In this document: one piece after another, positions 43,017-52,196 of the stretch | How the letters are laid out: each line of letters opens with the position of its first letter | Numbering within the stretch: the stretch's first letter is position 1 | NCBI GenBank assembly: GCA_026225415.1 | Contig: JAMFSS010000010.1 | Span: 1,338 to 65,337, forward strand | Direction: 5' to 3' | DNA length: 64,000 nucleotides | DNA from: Alphaproteobacteria bacterium | Lineage (GTDB): Bacteria > Pseudomonadota > Alphaproteobacteria > UBA9219 | The notes under the pieces: model-generated | Told to the model about the DNA's origin: nothing | Database searches by the model: none | Seen by the model: only the letters and a program-made list of their open reading frames with translations | Translations under genes and position numbers: made by a program

Positions 43017-44678
43017 CTAGCCTTTATTAAGAGCCGCAACCTTGTTAGCTGCGCTTGCCATATCTATCGATGGCCTGCTGCAAGATGCGCAATCGCCGCC
43101 GTTACAGTTTGCGCAAGCGCCCTTGGAAGCTATTTTGAATTTACGTACGATATCTTTTACTTTGTGTTCTGTGTGCTGGACGAAAGACACGATGGGTTTC
43201 GAAGAAGACAGAGCATGAACATAAGATTTAAAGCTTACGACTTCAGGCTTCTTCTCATCCGGCAAATATCTCCGTGGGCTTGGGTCTCTCTTGACCTTCT
43301 CATCATACTGGTCTCGTTCACTTCCTCTATTTTGCACCTTATCTTTTTGGGCAGGCTTTTCTTCAGAGCGCGCCTGATTCTCAGATGGTGGAGCAGGCTT
43401 CGCACCCTCGCCAGCCGTTGGCGGGGCAACAGGGTCAGATGACCCCGTGGGTGGATCGCCGGCAGAATTTACGGGCGGATTATTTGTTGGCTGCACCCCC
43501 GTTACCGAGCCATCGACGCTTGCGCCAATTGGGGCAACAGCTTGTGGCTCTTGCGGATGCATCGCTTGCGGAGCTTCCACCGTTACCGGAGTTGGCGTCG
43601 GTGGCGCGGCATCAACGATTGGCGTCACGACAGGAGCTTCAATACGAATTTCTGTTGGGCGAATCTCTGCCGACTGCGCGACGATCTGCACAGGCGCCAC
43701 AGGGACTTCGTTATTTTGTGGCGCAGCAGCGGCAACGGGTGCAACCGGCGATGCTGCCGCAACAGTTTGAGGCGCAGCGGCCTGAGGCGCTGATGCTTGG
43801 CTCGCAGATATTGATGCAACCACGGATGGGGGTGATGATAGCGGCGATACAGATACAGGCGACACAGATGTTGCCGTCGCGGCTACTGCCGACACGGCGG
43901 CCACCTGCGTGACGTAGTTTTGAGCCGCAACCGCGCTTGCCATCGACGCAACAGAAGCCATTCTGTTTTCAACTGGCATTGTTACAGATGCTCCAAGCGC
44001 TTGGGTTACCACAGTCGCAGCCGCCACAGGAGCGGCAGAAAAACTTTTGTCCTGAGTGGCAGCAACAACGATGGATACAGGCGCAGCGGCCTTAAAATTG
44101 GACACAGAAACATCTTTTGGCGCGAAAGGAAGAATAACTGCGCTCGCCTTGGCACCTTCAACCGCAACGCCCTTGATATCCAGCATAGGCATCGCCGCAA
44201 CCTTGTCGCCGCGCAATGTCACAAGGCGAACAACGCGGCTGCCTTCTTTGCCTTTGGGCTCCATATCCGCAAGCTGATTCATGGTGGCCAAAAGCGTTTG
44301 CTTCAAACCAGTATCATCCTTCATACCGCCCAGCTGTTGAATCACATTTTTGATATCCATTTGCACGTCGCGCGCATTTTCACGGATTTCTTTTGCTTCT
44401 TTGCCGGCCACTTGCGTCGCGCCGATACCGCCAAGGCCGCGCGACAAAGCGCCGACCGATTTCGTCAGGCTGATTAAACCGGTTTGCGCTTCCATCGATT
44501 GGCTGGCGGCGGCCATTGCCTGGTTCAACATGCGCGCAATTTGTCGCAGCATTTCGATTTCCTGCTTGGACAAAGCCGCTTTATCCGCATCCGGCCTGTC
44601 ATGCTTGCCCAGAATTTCGGCGATGAAAACGAAATGCCCATCGTCGCCGGCCATAATACGTTGCGCAGATGCGATCAT
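43017..44678 (-). CDS. Hypothetical low-complexity protein with C-terminal CxxC-x4-CxxC
   Basis: 553-aa ORF: helical N-terminus, long Ala/Pro/Val/Ser region, ends GACANCNGGDCASCS. Confidence 0.65.
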   Translation of the reverse strand: MIASAQRIMAGDDGHFVFIAEILGKHDRPDADKAALSKQEIEMLRQIARMLNQAMAAASQSMEAQTGLISLTKSVGALSRGLGGIGATQVAGKEAKEIRENARDVQMDIKNVIQQLGGMKDDTGLKQTLLATMNQLADMEPKGKEGSRVVRLVTLRGDKVAAMPMLDIKGVAVEGAKASAVILPFAPKDVSVSNFKAAAPVSIVVAATQDKSFSAAPVAAATVVTQALGASVTMPVENRMASVASMASAVAAQNYVTQVAAVSAVAATATSVSPVSVSPLSSPPSVVASISASQASAPQAAAPQTVAAASPVAPVAAAAPQNNEVPVAPVQIVAQSAEIRPTEIRIEAPVVTPIVDAAPPTPTPVTVEAPQAMHPQEPQAVAPIGASVDGSVTGVQPTNNPPVNSAGDPPTGSSDPVAPPTAGEGAKPAPPSENQARSEEKPAQKDKVQNRGSERDQYDEKVKRDPSPRRYLPDEKKPEVVSFKSYVHALSSSKPIVSFVQHTEHKVKDIVRKFKIASKGACANCNGGDCASCSRPSIDMASAANKVAALNKG

Positions 44679-45082
44679 CAGCAGGTTCCTTGAATGCTTG
44701 AGTGAATACTGACGTCACCTTCGACAGGCACGACGACAAGACGCGCCTTGGCGCCGGAGAGTAGCTGTTCAACCAGATCGCCTTCATCTTGAAAGGCAAA
44801 ACGCAAAAGAACAGGTTGGTCGGCGGTGGCATCGGCATCGGCCGCGCAATGCACATCAACGATCAAAAGCCGAACCAGCTGACGAAGCTCGCGTTGGTGG
44901 TTTTTAACTTCAGGCATCGCGGCCATAAAATCGGCTTCGGCATTGCCCAATGTCGTTTCAATACGCAAATCTATGGCTTCGTAGGTATCGCACAAAGCCT
45001 GCACAGCCCGTTGCAAATCGGGTGACAGCGATTGCAGCGTATCCGACATCTCATTTGCAAAAACGCGCTGACTTTCAGCCAC
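44678..45082 (-). CDS. Hypothetical protein
   Basis: 134-aa ORF; TGATG coupling to the next gene. Confidence 0.55.
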   Translation of the reverse strand: MAESQRVFANEMSDTLQSLSPDLQRAVQALCDTYEAIDLRIETTLGNAEADFMAAMPEVKNHQRELRQLVRLLIVDVHCAADADATADQPVLLRFAFQDEGDLVEQLLSGAKARLVVVPVEGDVSIHSSIQGTC

Positions 45083-45191
45083 GGGAGGTTCCTTTGATAA
45101 TAAGTCGCATTCTCTATAAGATAATCACGCCTAAATTGCAAACGATTCTTAGTTGCACAATACAATAATCATAAATATCAATAACTTAACT

Positions 45192-45623
45192 TTATACGCT
45201 TTCGGATATGACGCAATGCCGCGCCCTATCGGGCAAAAGTGTGAAGGTCAAAACCAAAGCCCTGGCCGGCATGCGCCCCCCTGCCCGTTCCGGCCATTCG
45301 ACCAAGGCAATCCCATCGGCGAGCGCATCGTCCCACCCCAGCTCGTCCAGCTCATCCGGCGATTGCAGACGATACAGATCGAAATGCGCCACCGGCACGC
45401 CATTTACCTCATAGGTTTGCAGCAAGGTAAAAGTCGGGCTGGGCACATCGCCCGTCACGCCCATCGCCCGCAACAACGCGCGCGCAAATTCTGTTTTACC
45501 GGCACCCAGATCGCCGACCAACGCCACGCAATCGCCCGCCTGCACATGCGGCGCAATCTGTGCTGCCAGATTTTGCGTGGCCTCTAAATTCGGCAACAGG
45601 AAGGAATGTTCAACCAACGGCAT
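45192..45623 (-). CDS. tsaE: tRNA threonylcarbamoyladenosine biosynthesis ATPase TsaE
   Basis: GDLGAGKT, VPSPTFTL, HFDLYRL, LVEWPE. Confidence 0.96.
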   Translation of the reverse strand: MPLVEHSFLLPNLEATQNLAAQIAPHVQAGDCVALVGDLGAGKTEFARALLRAMGVTGDVPSPTFTLLQTYEVNGVPVAHFDLYRLQSPDELDELGWDDALADGIALVEWPERAGGRMPARALVLTFTLLPDRARHCVISESV

Positions 45624-48120
45624 TGAGCGTGATCACCGCATGAACAGGAATATAGCACGTTACGCGCGTGCCCTTGTCCGCTTCGCTGGCAATCTCGATA
45701 CGGCCACCGTGAAGTTCGACAAAACATTTGACGAGACTTAACCCCAGCCCTGCGCCCGCCTGCCGCGCCTGCGCATTGCTGCGCTCGAACTTGCCGAACA
45801 CGCGGCCCAAATCTTCCGCCGGAATACCGATGCCGTTATCGATAACCGCAAGCGCGATCCATTCATTGCTACGCCGCGCCTCCAACGTCACACGGCCACC
45901 GGCAGGCGTATATTTCACCGCATTGCTGATAAGGTTGAACAACACTTGTTTCATGCGATGCATATCGACAAAAAACGACCCCGCATCCGGCGGGCAATCG
46001 ATGACAATTTCCAGGCTTTGCTGGCGCGCCCATTCTGCCGTCATTTGCTTGGCGGTATTCAACAACGCCGAAACAGGAATGTTTTCCTGTTCCAACGCCA
46101 TGCGTCCGGCCTCAATCGTCGCCAGATCCAACACATCATTAATCAACAGCAACAGCTTCTTGCTCGCATCCATAATGGTGCGGGTATATTCCATCTGCCG
46201 TTCGTTCAGCGTGCCGAAATACTGGTTGGTCAGGATTTCCGAAAAACCCATAATGGTGTTCAACGGTGTACGCAATTGGTACGACACGTTGGCGACAAAT
46301 TCCGACTTCAACCTGTCGGCCGCCGCCAACGCCATATTGCTGGAACGCAGCGCGTCTTCGGCCTTGATCGAATCCGTCACGTCCAGATAGCTGTTCAACA
46401 CCGCGCCATCGGGCAAAGGCACCGCGACATATTGAAGCGTGACGCCGGTATTTAAAACAATGCGCCCCTTGCGCGGATTGCGGTCGAGCGTATAGGAAAT
46501 CGCCTCGCGTTTAAAATCGGCCCATTCGCCTTCAAAGCTTTGCATCGCCTTGGTCTGTTCCAAAATATCGCCGATATGCGGGCTGCCCAACAGATACTCA
46601 ATCGGCAATGACCAGATATGCGCAACCGCAGGGTTGAACAAACCCAATTTGCCATCGGAGCCAAACACCGCGATGCCTTCGGCCAGATTGTCCAATGTTT
46701 CGCGTTGCACCGCGATCAAAGTGTTATAGGAAGATTCCAGCGCCAGCTTGTCGGTCACATCTTCATGCACAAAAATCAACCCGCCCATCGGATGCGGCGA
46801 AACCAGAATACGCAAGGTCGTGCCGTCTGGCAGATGCATCAAATCTTCGCGCGGTTCCAAGAGTGATGTGAACAAAGACAAACGTTCGCGTTTATAACGC
46901 GGGAAGTCGGCCTGTTCCGGCGCGGTGCGGCGTTCGCGCGAATCTTCCAGAATTTCGCCGAATGTCGGCTTGCTGTCCAAAAACACTTCTTCGGCATGCC
47001 ACAGCCGCAGATAGGCGCGGTTGTAAAATTCCAACCGCATATCGGGGCCGTAAATCGCAATCGCGCTGCCCAGATGCTCCAACACTTCGCGTTGCGAGGC
47101 GGCATGGCGTTCAATTTCGGTTTCCTTGTCTTCTTCCGCCGTCACATTAATGGCAAAGCCGAACACGCCTTTGACACCATTGCCGATATCATAAAGCGCT
47201 TCGGTAATTTCCAGCAATTGGCGTTTACCCGCCACAATCACATGGCGGCGCTCCGTTTGCGGCAAATTTGTTTCCAACACTTTGGCCGCCAAAGCGCGCC
47301 CGCTGCCACCCCGCGCTGTTGTCGAGGTCAGTTCTTGCTGATCGCGTATGATATCTTCGGGCTTGGAATCCAAAGCCTTGGCATAGGCCACGTTGCAACG
47401 GTTGATGTTCAGATCATGCCCGCGCAACCAGACGGGAAACGGCAACGCGTCATAAACACTGCGCACCATTTCCAATTTGGTCGCCACTTCGGTCAGTTCG
47501 ATATTCTTGCGTTCGACCAGTTTCAACGCCGCCGGATTCTCGCTAAACCACAACACATCCAGCAACACCACATCGCGCCCCATACGAATGCGCGCGCCGG
47601 TTATCTGAACGGCCTTACCTTCTTTAAGAGTCGTCACCGGCAAAACAAAACTTTCGCCGGTCATTTGCAATTTGCGGAAACAGGCGACAAAGGATTCAGT
47701 TTCGCTGATCGCCGCGACCAGATCCTCAAAATGCGCGACCTTTTCGATGCCCAGCGTTGTCGCGACGCGCACCGCTTCGCGCAGAATGCCTTGCGGCGTG
47801 AAGATGCAATAGGATTCGGGAACGGTGGCCAGCATCGCCTGCGTCCGTTCAGCGATATGGCGAAACTGGCGCAATTGTTTGCTGTCCTGCGTCACACGGC
47901 TGTTTAACGACATGGCCATCCAGGCCAAACCGACGGTAACGCCGGTCATGATCACGACAATCAGCGTCGATGTCTGAATGCCGATATCAAAACTCACGGC
48001 CAGAACGCCTGCCAGAATGACAGCCGCCACAGCCGCAAAGGGCGCATGGGAAGGAGACATAGGAGACATAGAACAAGCCCGGGAATCATGATCAAAAACA
48101 GCCATTCCTGAATAAGCCAT
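45610..48120 (-). CDS. divL: DivL-like PAS-domain pseudo-histidine kinase
   Basis: Multiple PAS domains; H-box reads FVANVSYQLRTPL (Tyr replacing His, the DivL hallmark); HATPase motifs; position upstream of tsaE; start codon uncertain (48120/48069/48060). Confidence 0.85.
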   Translation of the reverse strand: MAYSGMAVFDHDSRACSMSPMSPSHAPFAAVAAVILAGVLAVSFDIGIQTSTLIVVIMTGVTVGLAWMAMSLNSRVTQDSKQLRQFRHIAERTQAMLATVPESYCIFTPQGILREAVRVATTLGIEKVAHFEDLVAAISETESFVACFRKLQMTGESFVLPVTTLKEGKAVQITGARIRMGRDVVLLDVLWFSENPAALKLVERKNIELTEVATKLEMVRSVYDALPFPVWLRGHDLNINRCNVAYAKALDSKPEDIIRDQQELTSTTARGGSGRALAAKVLETNLPQTERRHVIVAGKRQLLEITEALYDIGNGVKGVFGFAINVTAEEDKETEIERHAASQREVLEHLGSAIAIYGPDMRLEFYNRAYLRLWHAEEVFLDSKPTFGEILEDSRERRTAPEQADFPRYKRERLSLFTSLLEPREDLMHLPDGTTLRILVSPHPMGGLIFVHEDVTDKLALESSYNTLIAVQRETLDNLAEGIAVFGSDGKLGLFNPAVAHIWSLPIEYLLGSPHIGDILEQTKAMQSFEGEWADFKREAISYTLDRNPRKGRIVLNTGVTLQYVAVPLPDGAVLNSYLDVTDSIKAEDALRSSNMALAAADRLKSEFVANVSYQLRTPLNTIMGFSEILTNQYFGTLNERQMEYTRTIMDASKKLLLLINDVLDLATIEAGRMALEQENIPVSALLNTAKQMTAEWARQQSLEIVIDCPPDAGSFFVDMHRMKQVLFNLISNAVKYTPAGGRVTLEARRSNEWIALAVIDNGIGIPAEDLGRVFGKFERSNAQARQAGAGLGLSLVKCFVELHGGRIEIASEADKGTRVTCYIPVHAVITLNAVG

Positions 48121-48164
48121 ATTGAGCCATAAGGAAACAGCTATCGCATTCCCGCGTTAACCTT

Positions 48165-49160
48165 CTAGGCGGCTTCCAATTTTTTTTGCGCCGTGGTTAG
48201 GCGCTTCATAAAACGCTCCATAATCGCTTTATCGCCTTCGCTCATGGGGCGTTGCGCTTCGGGCACCGTAATAAGGCTCATATCACCGGCATACAGGGGG
48301 TTGCCCAACGTCACCATACCCGCCTTGCGCAGGCTGCTGCCGGTTTCGACAATATCCATAATGGCATCATAGCCCAGAACGCGGCATGAAGCCTCGACAT
48401 CGCCCGCCTGATATTTGATATCGGCGGGCGTGATGCCACGCCTGGCCAATTCCTGCTGTGCGGTTGCCGTGTAGGATGTCAAAATTTTCTTGCCCTCCAA
48501 ATCGGCAATTGACCGAATTGCTGTCTGGTCTTTGGGCACCGCAAAACACATACGGAAAGCGTTGACCGTAAATTGCTGCCGAATATCCATTTCGACAGGA
48601 TCGCGCCCTTCCAGCAACGCCTCGGCCTGAACTTCGATTAACTTATCGTTGCCCAGAAAACCGCAATGCGCCGCACCCGCTTTTACAAAACTGGGAATAT
48701 CGCGACCACGGCTGACGCGGTATGAAATGGGCTGCATGCCATTTTGGAAATCGATAATCGCTTTCTTTTTCGTATCCAGACGAAAACCGCTTTTACCCAA
48801 AATACTCTCGACCAGATTTTGCGCACGCGTTTCTTTGGGTATGGATACACAGAAATCGCCCATCACCGGCGTGGGCGGATATTGGTCGCGCATGGATATA
48901 CGCCACACATGCATCACCAGATCTTCTCCACAATCGCATTGATCGGCCACGTCCTTGAAAACCAATTGACCCGTTGTGCGGAGGTTTTGCAGAATTTGCG
49001 TGCGGATTTCATCGCGTTTTAAAAACACATCGACATCTGCGCCGGTCATCAACCCGTCAAGGGATTGAACGGCAAGATCGTCCGGCTGATTAACCGCCGC
49101 CCGCAATTTTTCGACCAATAATAGAAGATTTTTATCTTTAATATCGTTACTCATAATCAT
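48165..49160 (-). CDS. hisG: ATP phosphoribosyltransferase (short-form catalytic core) with ~100-aa N-terminal TrpR/YerC-like extension
   Basis: SIPKE..R, RGRDIPSFV..G.AHCGFLGND, ILTSY, GDVEA..LG.DAIMDIVETGSSLRKAGM; no C-terminal ACT domain. Confidence 0.85.
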   Translation of the reverse strand: MIMSNDIKDKNLLLLVEKLRAAVNQPDDLAVQSLDGLMTGADVDVFLKRDEIRTQILQNLRTTGQLVFKDVADQCDCGEDLVMHVWRISMRDQYPPTPVMGDFCVSIPKETRAQNLVESILGKSGFRLDTKKKAIIDFQNGMQPISYRVSRGRDIPSFVKAGAAHCGFLGNDKLIEVQAEALLEGRDPVEMDIRQQFTVNAFRMCFAVPKDQTAIRSIADLEGKKILTSYTATAQQELARRGITPADIKYQAGDVEASCRVLGYDAIMDIVETGSSLRKAGMVTLGNPLYAGDMSLITVPEAQRPMSEGDKAIMERFMKRLTTAQKKLEAA

Positions 49161-49170
49161 TTTCCCAACA

Positions 49171-49213
49171 TGTACTGTAACATCACAGTATTACTGTGAA
49201 GCATGACTGTCAA
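49171..49213 (-). promoter_or_regulatory. hisG promoter overlapped by palindromic operator(s)
   Basis: Minus strand TTGACA-N17-TACTGT; palindromes TACTGT-N6-ACAGTA (49173-49190) and TCACAGTA-T-TACTGTGA (49183-49199). Confidence 0.7.
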
Positions 49214-49255
49214 CCCTTGTGGGGCAAGAAATACTTCCCCCATTCATCCAGACAC

Positions 49256-49291
49256 AAAAATGCCGCGAGGACAGCAAAGCCCTCGCGGCAT
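49256..49291 (-). terminator. Rho-independent terminator of ahcY
   Basis: ATGCCGCGAGG / CCTCGCGGCAT stem followed by a U-run on the minus strand. Confidence 0.8.
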
Positions 49292-49305
49292 AATCGTGGA
49301 AAAAC

Positions 49306-50613
49306 TTAGTAACGGTAACGTTCAGGCTTAAACGGCCCTGTCGCATCAATGCCCAGATAATCGGCTTGTTTTGCCGACAACACCGTCAGCTTTGCGCCGA
49401 CCTTAGCCAAATGCAGACGAGCGACTTTTTCATCCAGCTCTTTCGGCAAGATGTAAACTTCGTTCTTGTACTTGCCATGATTCGTCCACAATTCGATTTG
49501 CGCCAATGTCTGGTTTGTGAAGGACGCGCTCATCACAAAGCTTGGGTGACCGGTGGCACAGCCCAGATTGACCAAACGGCCTTGCGCCAAAACGATCAGA
49601 CGCTTGCCATCGGGGAACACAACTTCGTCCACCTGTGGCTTCACTTCTTCCCATTTAAGGTTACGCAGGGCTTCAATCTGAATTTCGGAATCAAAATGCC
49701 CGATATTGCAGACAATCGCGCGGTCTTTCATCAACCGCATATGTTCCAATGTAATCACATCGACATTGCCGGTCGCGGTCACGAAAATATCGGCAACAGG
49801 TGCCGCTTCTTCCATCGTCACGACCTGATAACCTTCCATCGCCGCCTGCAAAGCATTGATAGGATCGATTTCGGTAACCATAACGCGGGCACCGGCCGAA
49901 CGTAACGATGCCGCCGAACCTTTGCCGACATCGCCGTAACCGCACACAAGCGCGACCTTACCCGCCATCATCACATCGGTGGCGCGGCGGATGCTGTCTA
50001 CCAAGCTTTCGCGGCAACCATAGAGATTGTCGAATTTCGATTTCGTCACGCTGTCATTGACGTTGAAGGCGGGCATTTTCAATTTGCCTTCCTTCATCAT
50101 GTCGTACAAACGATGCACGCCGGTGGTGGTTTCTTCGGAAACGCCACGAATGTCGGCCAGCAATTCAGGATATTTTTCATGAACGCGGATGGTCAAATCG
50201 CCACCATCATCCAACAACATGTTGGGTTTCCAGCTTGGGTTGCCCTTGATGCTTTGGTCAACACATTCCCAATACTCTTCTTCTGTCAAACCCTTCCACG
50301 CAAACACGGGGATACCGGCGGCGGCAATCGCGGCGGCGGCATGATCCTGGGTCGAGAAAATATTGCACGAAGACCAACGCACTTCCGCGCCCAGATGCAC
50401 CAGCGTTTCAATCAACACGGCGGTTTGAATGGTCATGTGCAAACAACCGACGATACGCGCGCCTTTCAAAGGTTGTTTCGCGCCATATTCTTCGCGCACC
50501 GCCATCAAGCCGGGCATTTCGGTTTCGGCGATTTTGATTTCGCGGCGACCCCAATCGGCCAGGCTGATGTCTTTTACTTTGAAATCTTGGGAAACGGCGG
50601 CAAGTTGGGGCAT
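49306..50613 (-). CDS. ahcY: Adenosylhomocysteinase
   Basis: [45 protein letters not shown]. Confidence 0.99.
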   Translation of the reverse strand: MPQLAAVSQDFKVKDISLADWGRREIKIAETEMPGLMAVREEYGAKQPLKGARIVGCLHMTIQTAVLIETLVHLGAEVRWSSCNIFSTQDHAAAAIAAAGIPVFAWKGLTEEEYWECVDQSIKGNPSWKPNMLLDDGGDLTIRVHEKYPELLADIRGVSEETTTGVHRLYDMMKEGKLKMPAFNVNDSVTKSKFDNLYGCRESLVDSIRRATDVMMAGKVALVCGYGDVGKGSAASLRSAGARVMVTEIDPINALQAAMEGYQVVTMEEAAPVADIFVTATGNVDVITLEHMRLMKDRAIVCNIGHFDSEIQIEALRNLKWEEVKPQVDEVVFPDGKRLIVLAQGRLVNLGCATGHPSFVMSASFTNQTLAQIELWTNHGKYKNEVYILPKELDEKVARLHLAKVGAKLTVLSAKQADYLGIDATGPFKPERYRY

Positions 50614-50750
50614 GAATGATTCCGGGGTGCGGGGCGCGGAGGACTAACTGCCACACCACGTGTCAGCTGCAGTTCCGCGAGACAGCAGATTCCTACCCCA
50701 ATCGGCACGCTTAATCAATCAATAGAAATAGCGGTTTCATCGCGCAGTTC

Positions 50751-51572
50751 TCAAGCTTCGACCAGCTTGAGCGTCAGGCATTTGGCACCGCCGCCCGCCT
50801 TCATAAATTCGGATAACCCAATAACCATAGGGGTAAACCCCCTGTTGCGCAGATCATCCTGCAAATCGGTCGACGCGCCATTCAGGAAAACATGGCGGTT
50901 GATATCGACCGCATTACAGCAAAATTGCGTGGCATCATTTTCACCAACCGGAATACGTTTGTCTGCAGGCACATGGGCTTCGATCGCCGCGCGCGATATT
51001 TCATCAAACGCGGCGGGATAGTAAATCACAAACCCATCCTGCAAAGGACACAGGCAGGTATCAAGATGATAAAAACGCGGATCGATTAACGTGAGCGCGA
51101 CAGTTTTACGCCCCAACATTTTTTCCAACAGAGCGGGCGCGGTGGGATCGGAACGGAACCCCTGCCCAACCCACAACAAATCTTGCCCGCGGTCAAACAA
51201 CGCATCGCCCGCCCCTTCAAAGGGAACATCCGATGGCCAATCGAGAATATCAAAATTGTTCGCGGCGAACCAAGCGCGGTCATGCGCTTCTTCGCCCTGA
51301 CGTTGCGTGTTGCGGAAACGGCTGACAATCGCTTTGTTGCCCAAAACCAAACCCGCATTGGCGGTAAAAACCAGATCGGGCAGGCCGGATTGCGGCGGCT
51401 GCAAAACAACTTCACATTGCCTTGCGATAAAATCATGCAAAGTCTGCCATTGGCGTTTGGCATAGGAAAGGTCGGCGGTGCCAATCTGGCCTTCCATCCA
51501 CGGATTGATGACATAATTCACGCCGAAATGATCGGGCGGACACATCAGGATTTTTTGCGTTTTGTCGGTCAT
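50751..51572 (-). CDS. Amidinotransferase/dimethylarginine dimethylaminohydrolase family protein
   Basis: LMCPP..YVINPWM, PDLVFTANAG, FEGAGD, FYHLDTC, KAGGGAKCLTL. Confidence 0.92.
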   Translation of the reverse strand: MTDKTQKILMCPPDHFGVNYVINPWMEGQIGTADLSYAKRQWQTLHDFIARQCEVVLQPPQSGLPDLVFTANAGLVLGNKAIVSRFRNTQRQGEEAHDRAWFAANNFDILDWPSDVPFEGAGDALFDRGQDLLWVGQGFRSDPTAPALLEKMLGRKTVALTLIDPRFYHLDTCLCPLQDGFVIYYPAAFDEISRAAIEAHVPADKRIPVGENDATQFCCNAVDINRHVFLNGASTDLQDDLRNRGFTPMVIGLSEFMKAGGGAKCLTLKLVEA

Positions 51573-51605
51573 GATTTCCAATAGCCGACCAAAGTTACCT
51601 TTTCC

Positions 51606-52196
51606 TTAATCAAAATCCTTTGCCAATTCCAAACGCGTATCGCGCGGCACTACGGCCATGTGCCCATAATTAAAATGGGTTACGGCGATAACCACTTCTT
51701 GCGCCACAACAAATTTCTTTGTCTGTTCCGTCGTAAAGGGAAAATGGATAAATTGCACCGACGAAGCCTTGCCATCGGCCGAGGTATAATCCAGATCATT
51801 TTCGGCCTGCGCCGTTATCACTTCGCCTTCAAAACGCAGCTCGATGGTTTTTTCGACGCCGCCCAAGGTTGACAGCAACGCGGCGCGGCGCGCCACATCT
51901 TCGATTTCAAACATAACGGTCGCGGTCAATTCGCGCCCGTTCGGTATCATCGGGTTATAGGCGCGCAATTCATCGTCCAGCTGTTCATCGCCGCCTTTTT
52001 CAATGCGCAGCATTTCCTGAATCTGCAGCCACATCGTGTCGTAATTTTCAAAATAAAATGTCGCATAAGGCCCGACCGAAACCCTGCGGTTGATTTTCAC
52101 GGCACGCAACGCCGCGCGTTTTTCGGTGCGTATTTTTTCATACGCATCCGGTGGTAAAATATCCTGCGGCGTAATAGTTTTTTTCAAAGCACTCAT
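51606..52196 (-). CDS. DUF3501 family protein
   Basis: RRVSVGP..FEN..QIQEMLRIE..YNPMIP..LTATVMFEI, KASSVQFIHF. Confidence 0.9.
   Translation of the reverse strand: MSALKKTITPQDILPPDAYEKIRTEKRAALRAVKINRRVSVGPYATFYFENYDTMWLQIQEMLRIEKGGDEQLDDELRAYNPMIPNGRELTATVMFEIEDVARRAALLSTLGGVEKTIELRFEGEVITAQAENDLDYTSADGKASSVQFIHFPFTTEQTKKFVVAQEVVIAVTHFNYGHMAVVPRDTRLELAKDFD

Noticed and set aside
44599-44859. Frameshift joining the 134-aa and 553-aa ORFs
   Set aside because: A TGATG overlap with an AAGGA SD indicates ordinary translational coupling
46250-46310. His-to-Tyr change in the kinase H-box as a novelty or pseudogene sign
   Set aside because: This is the established DivL signature
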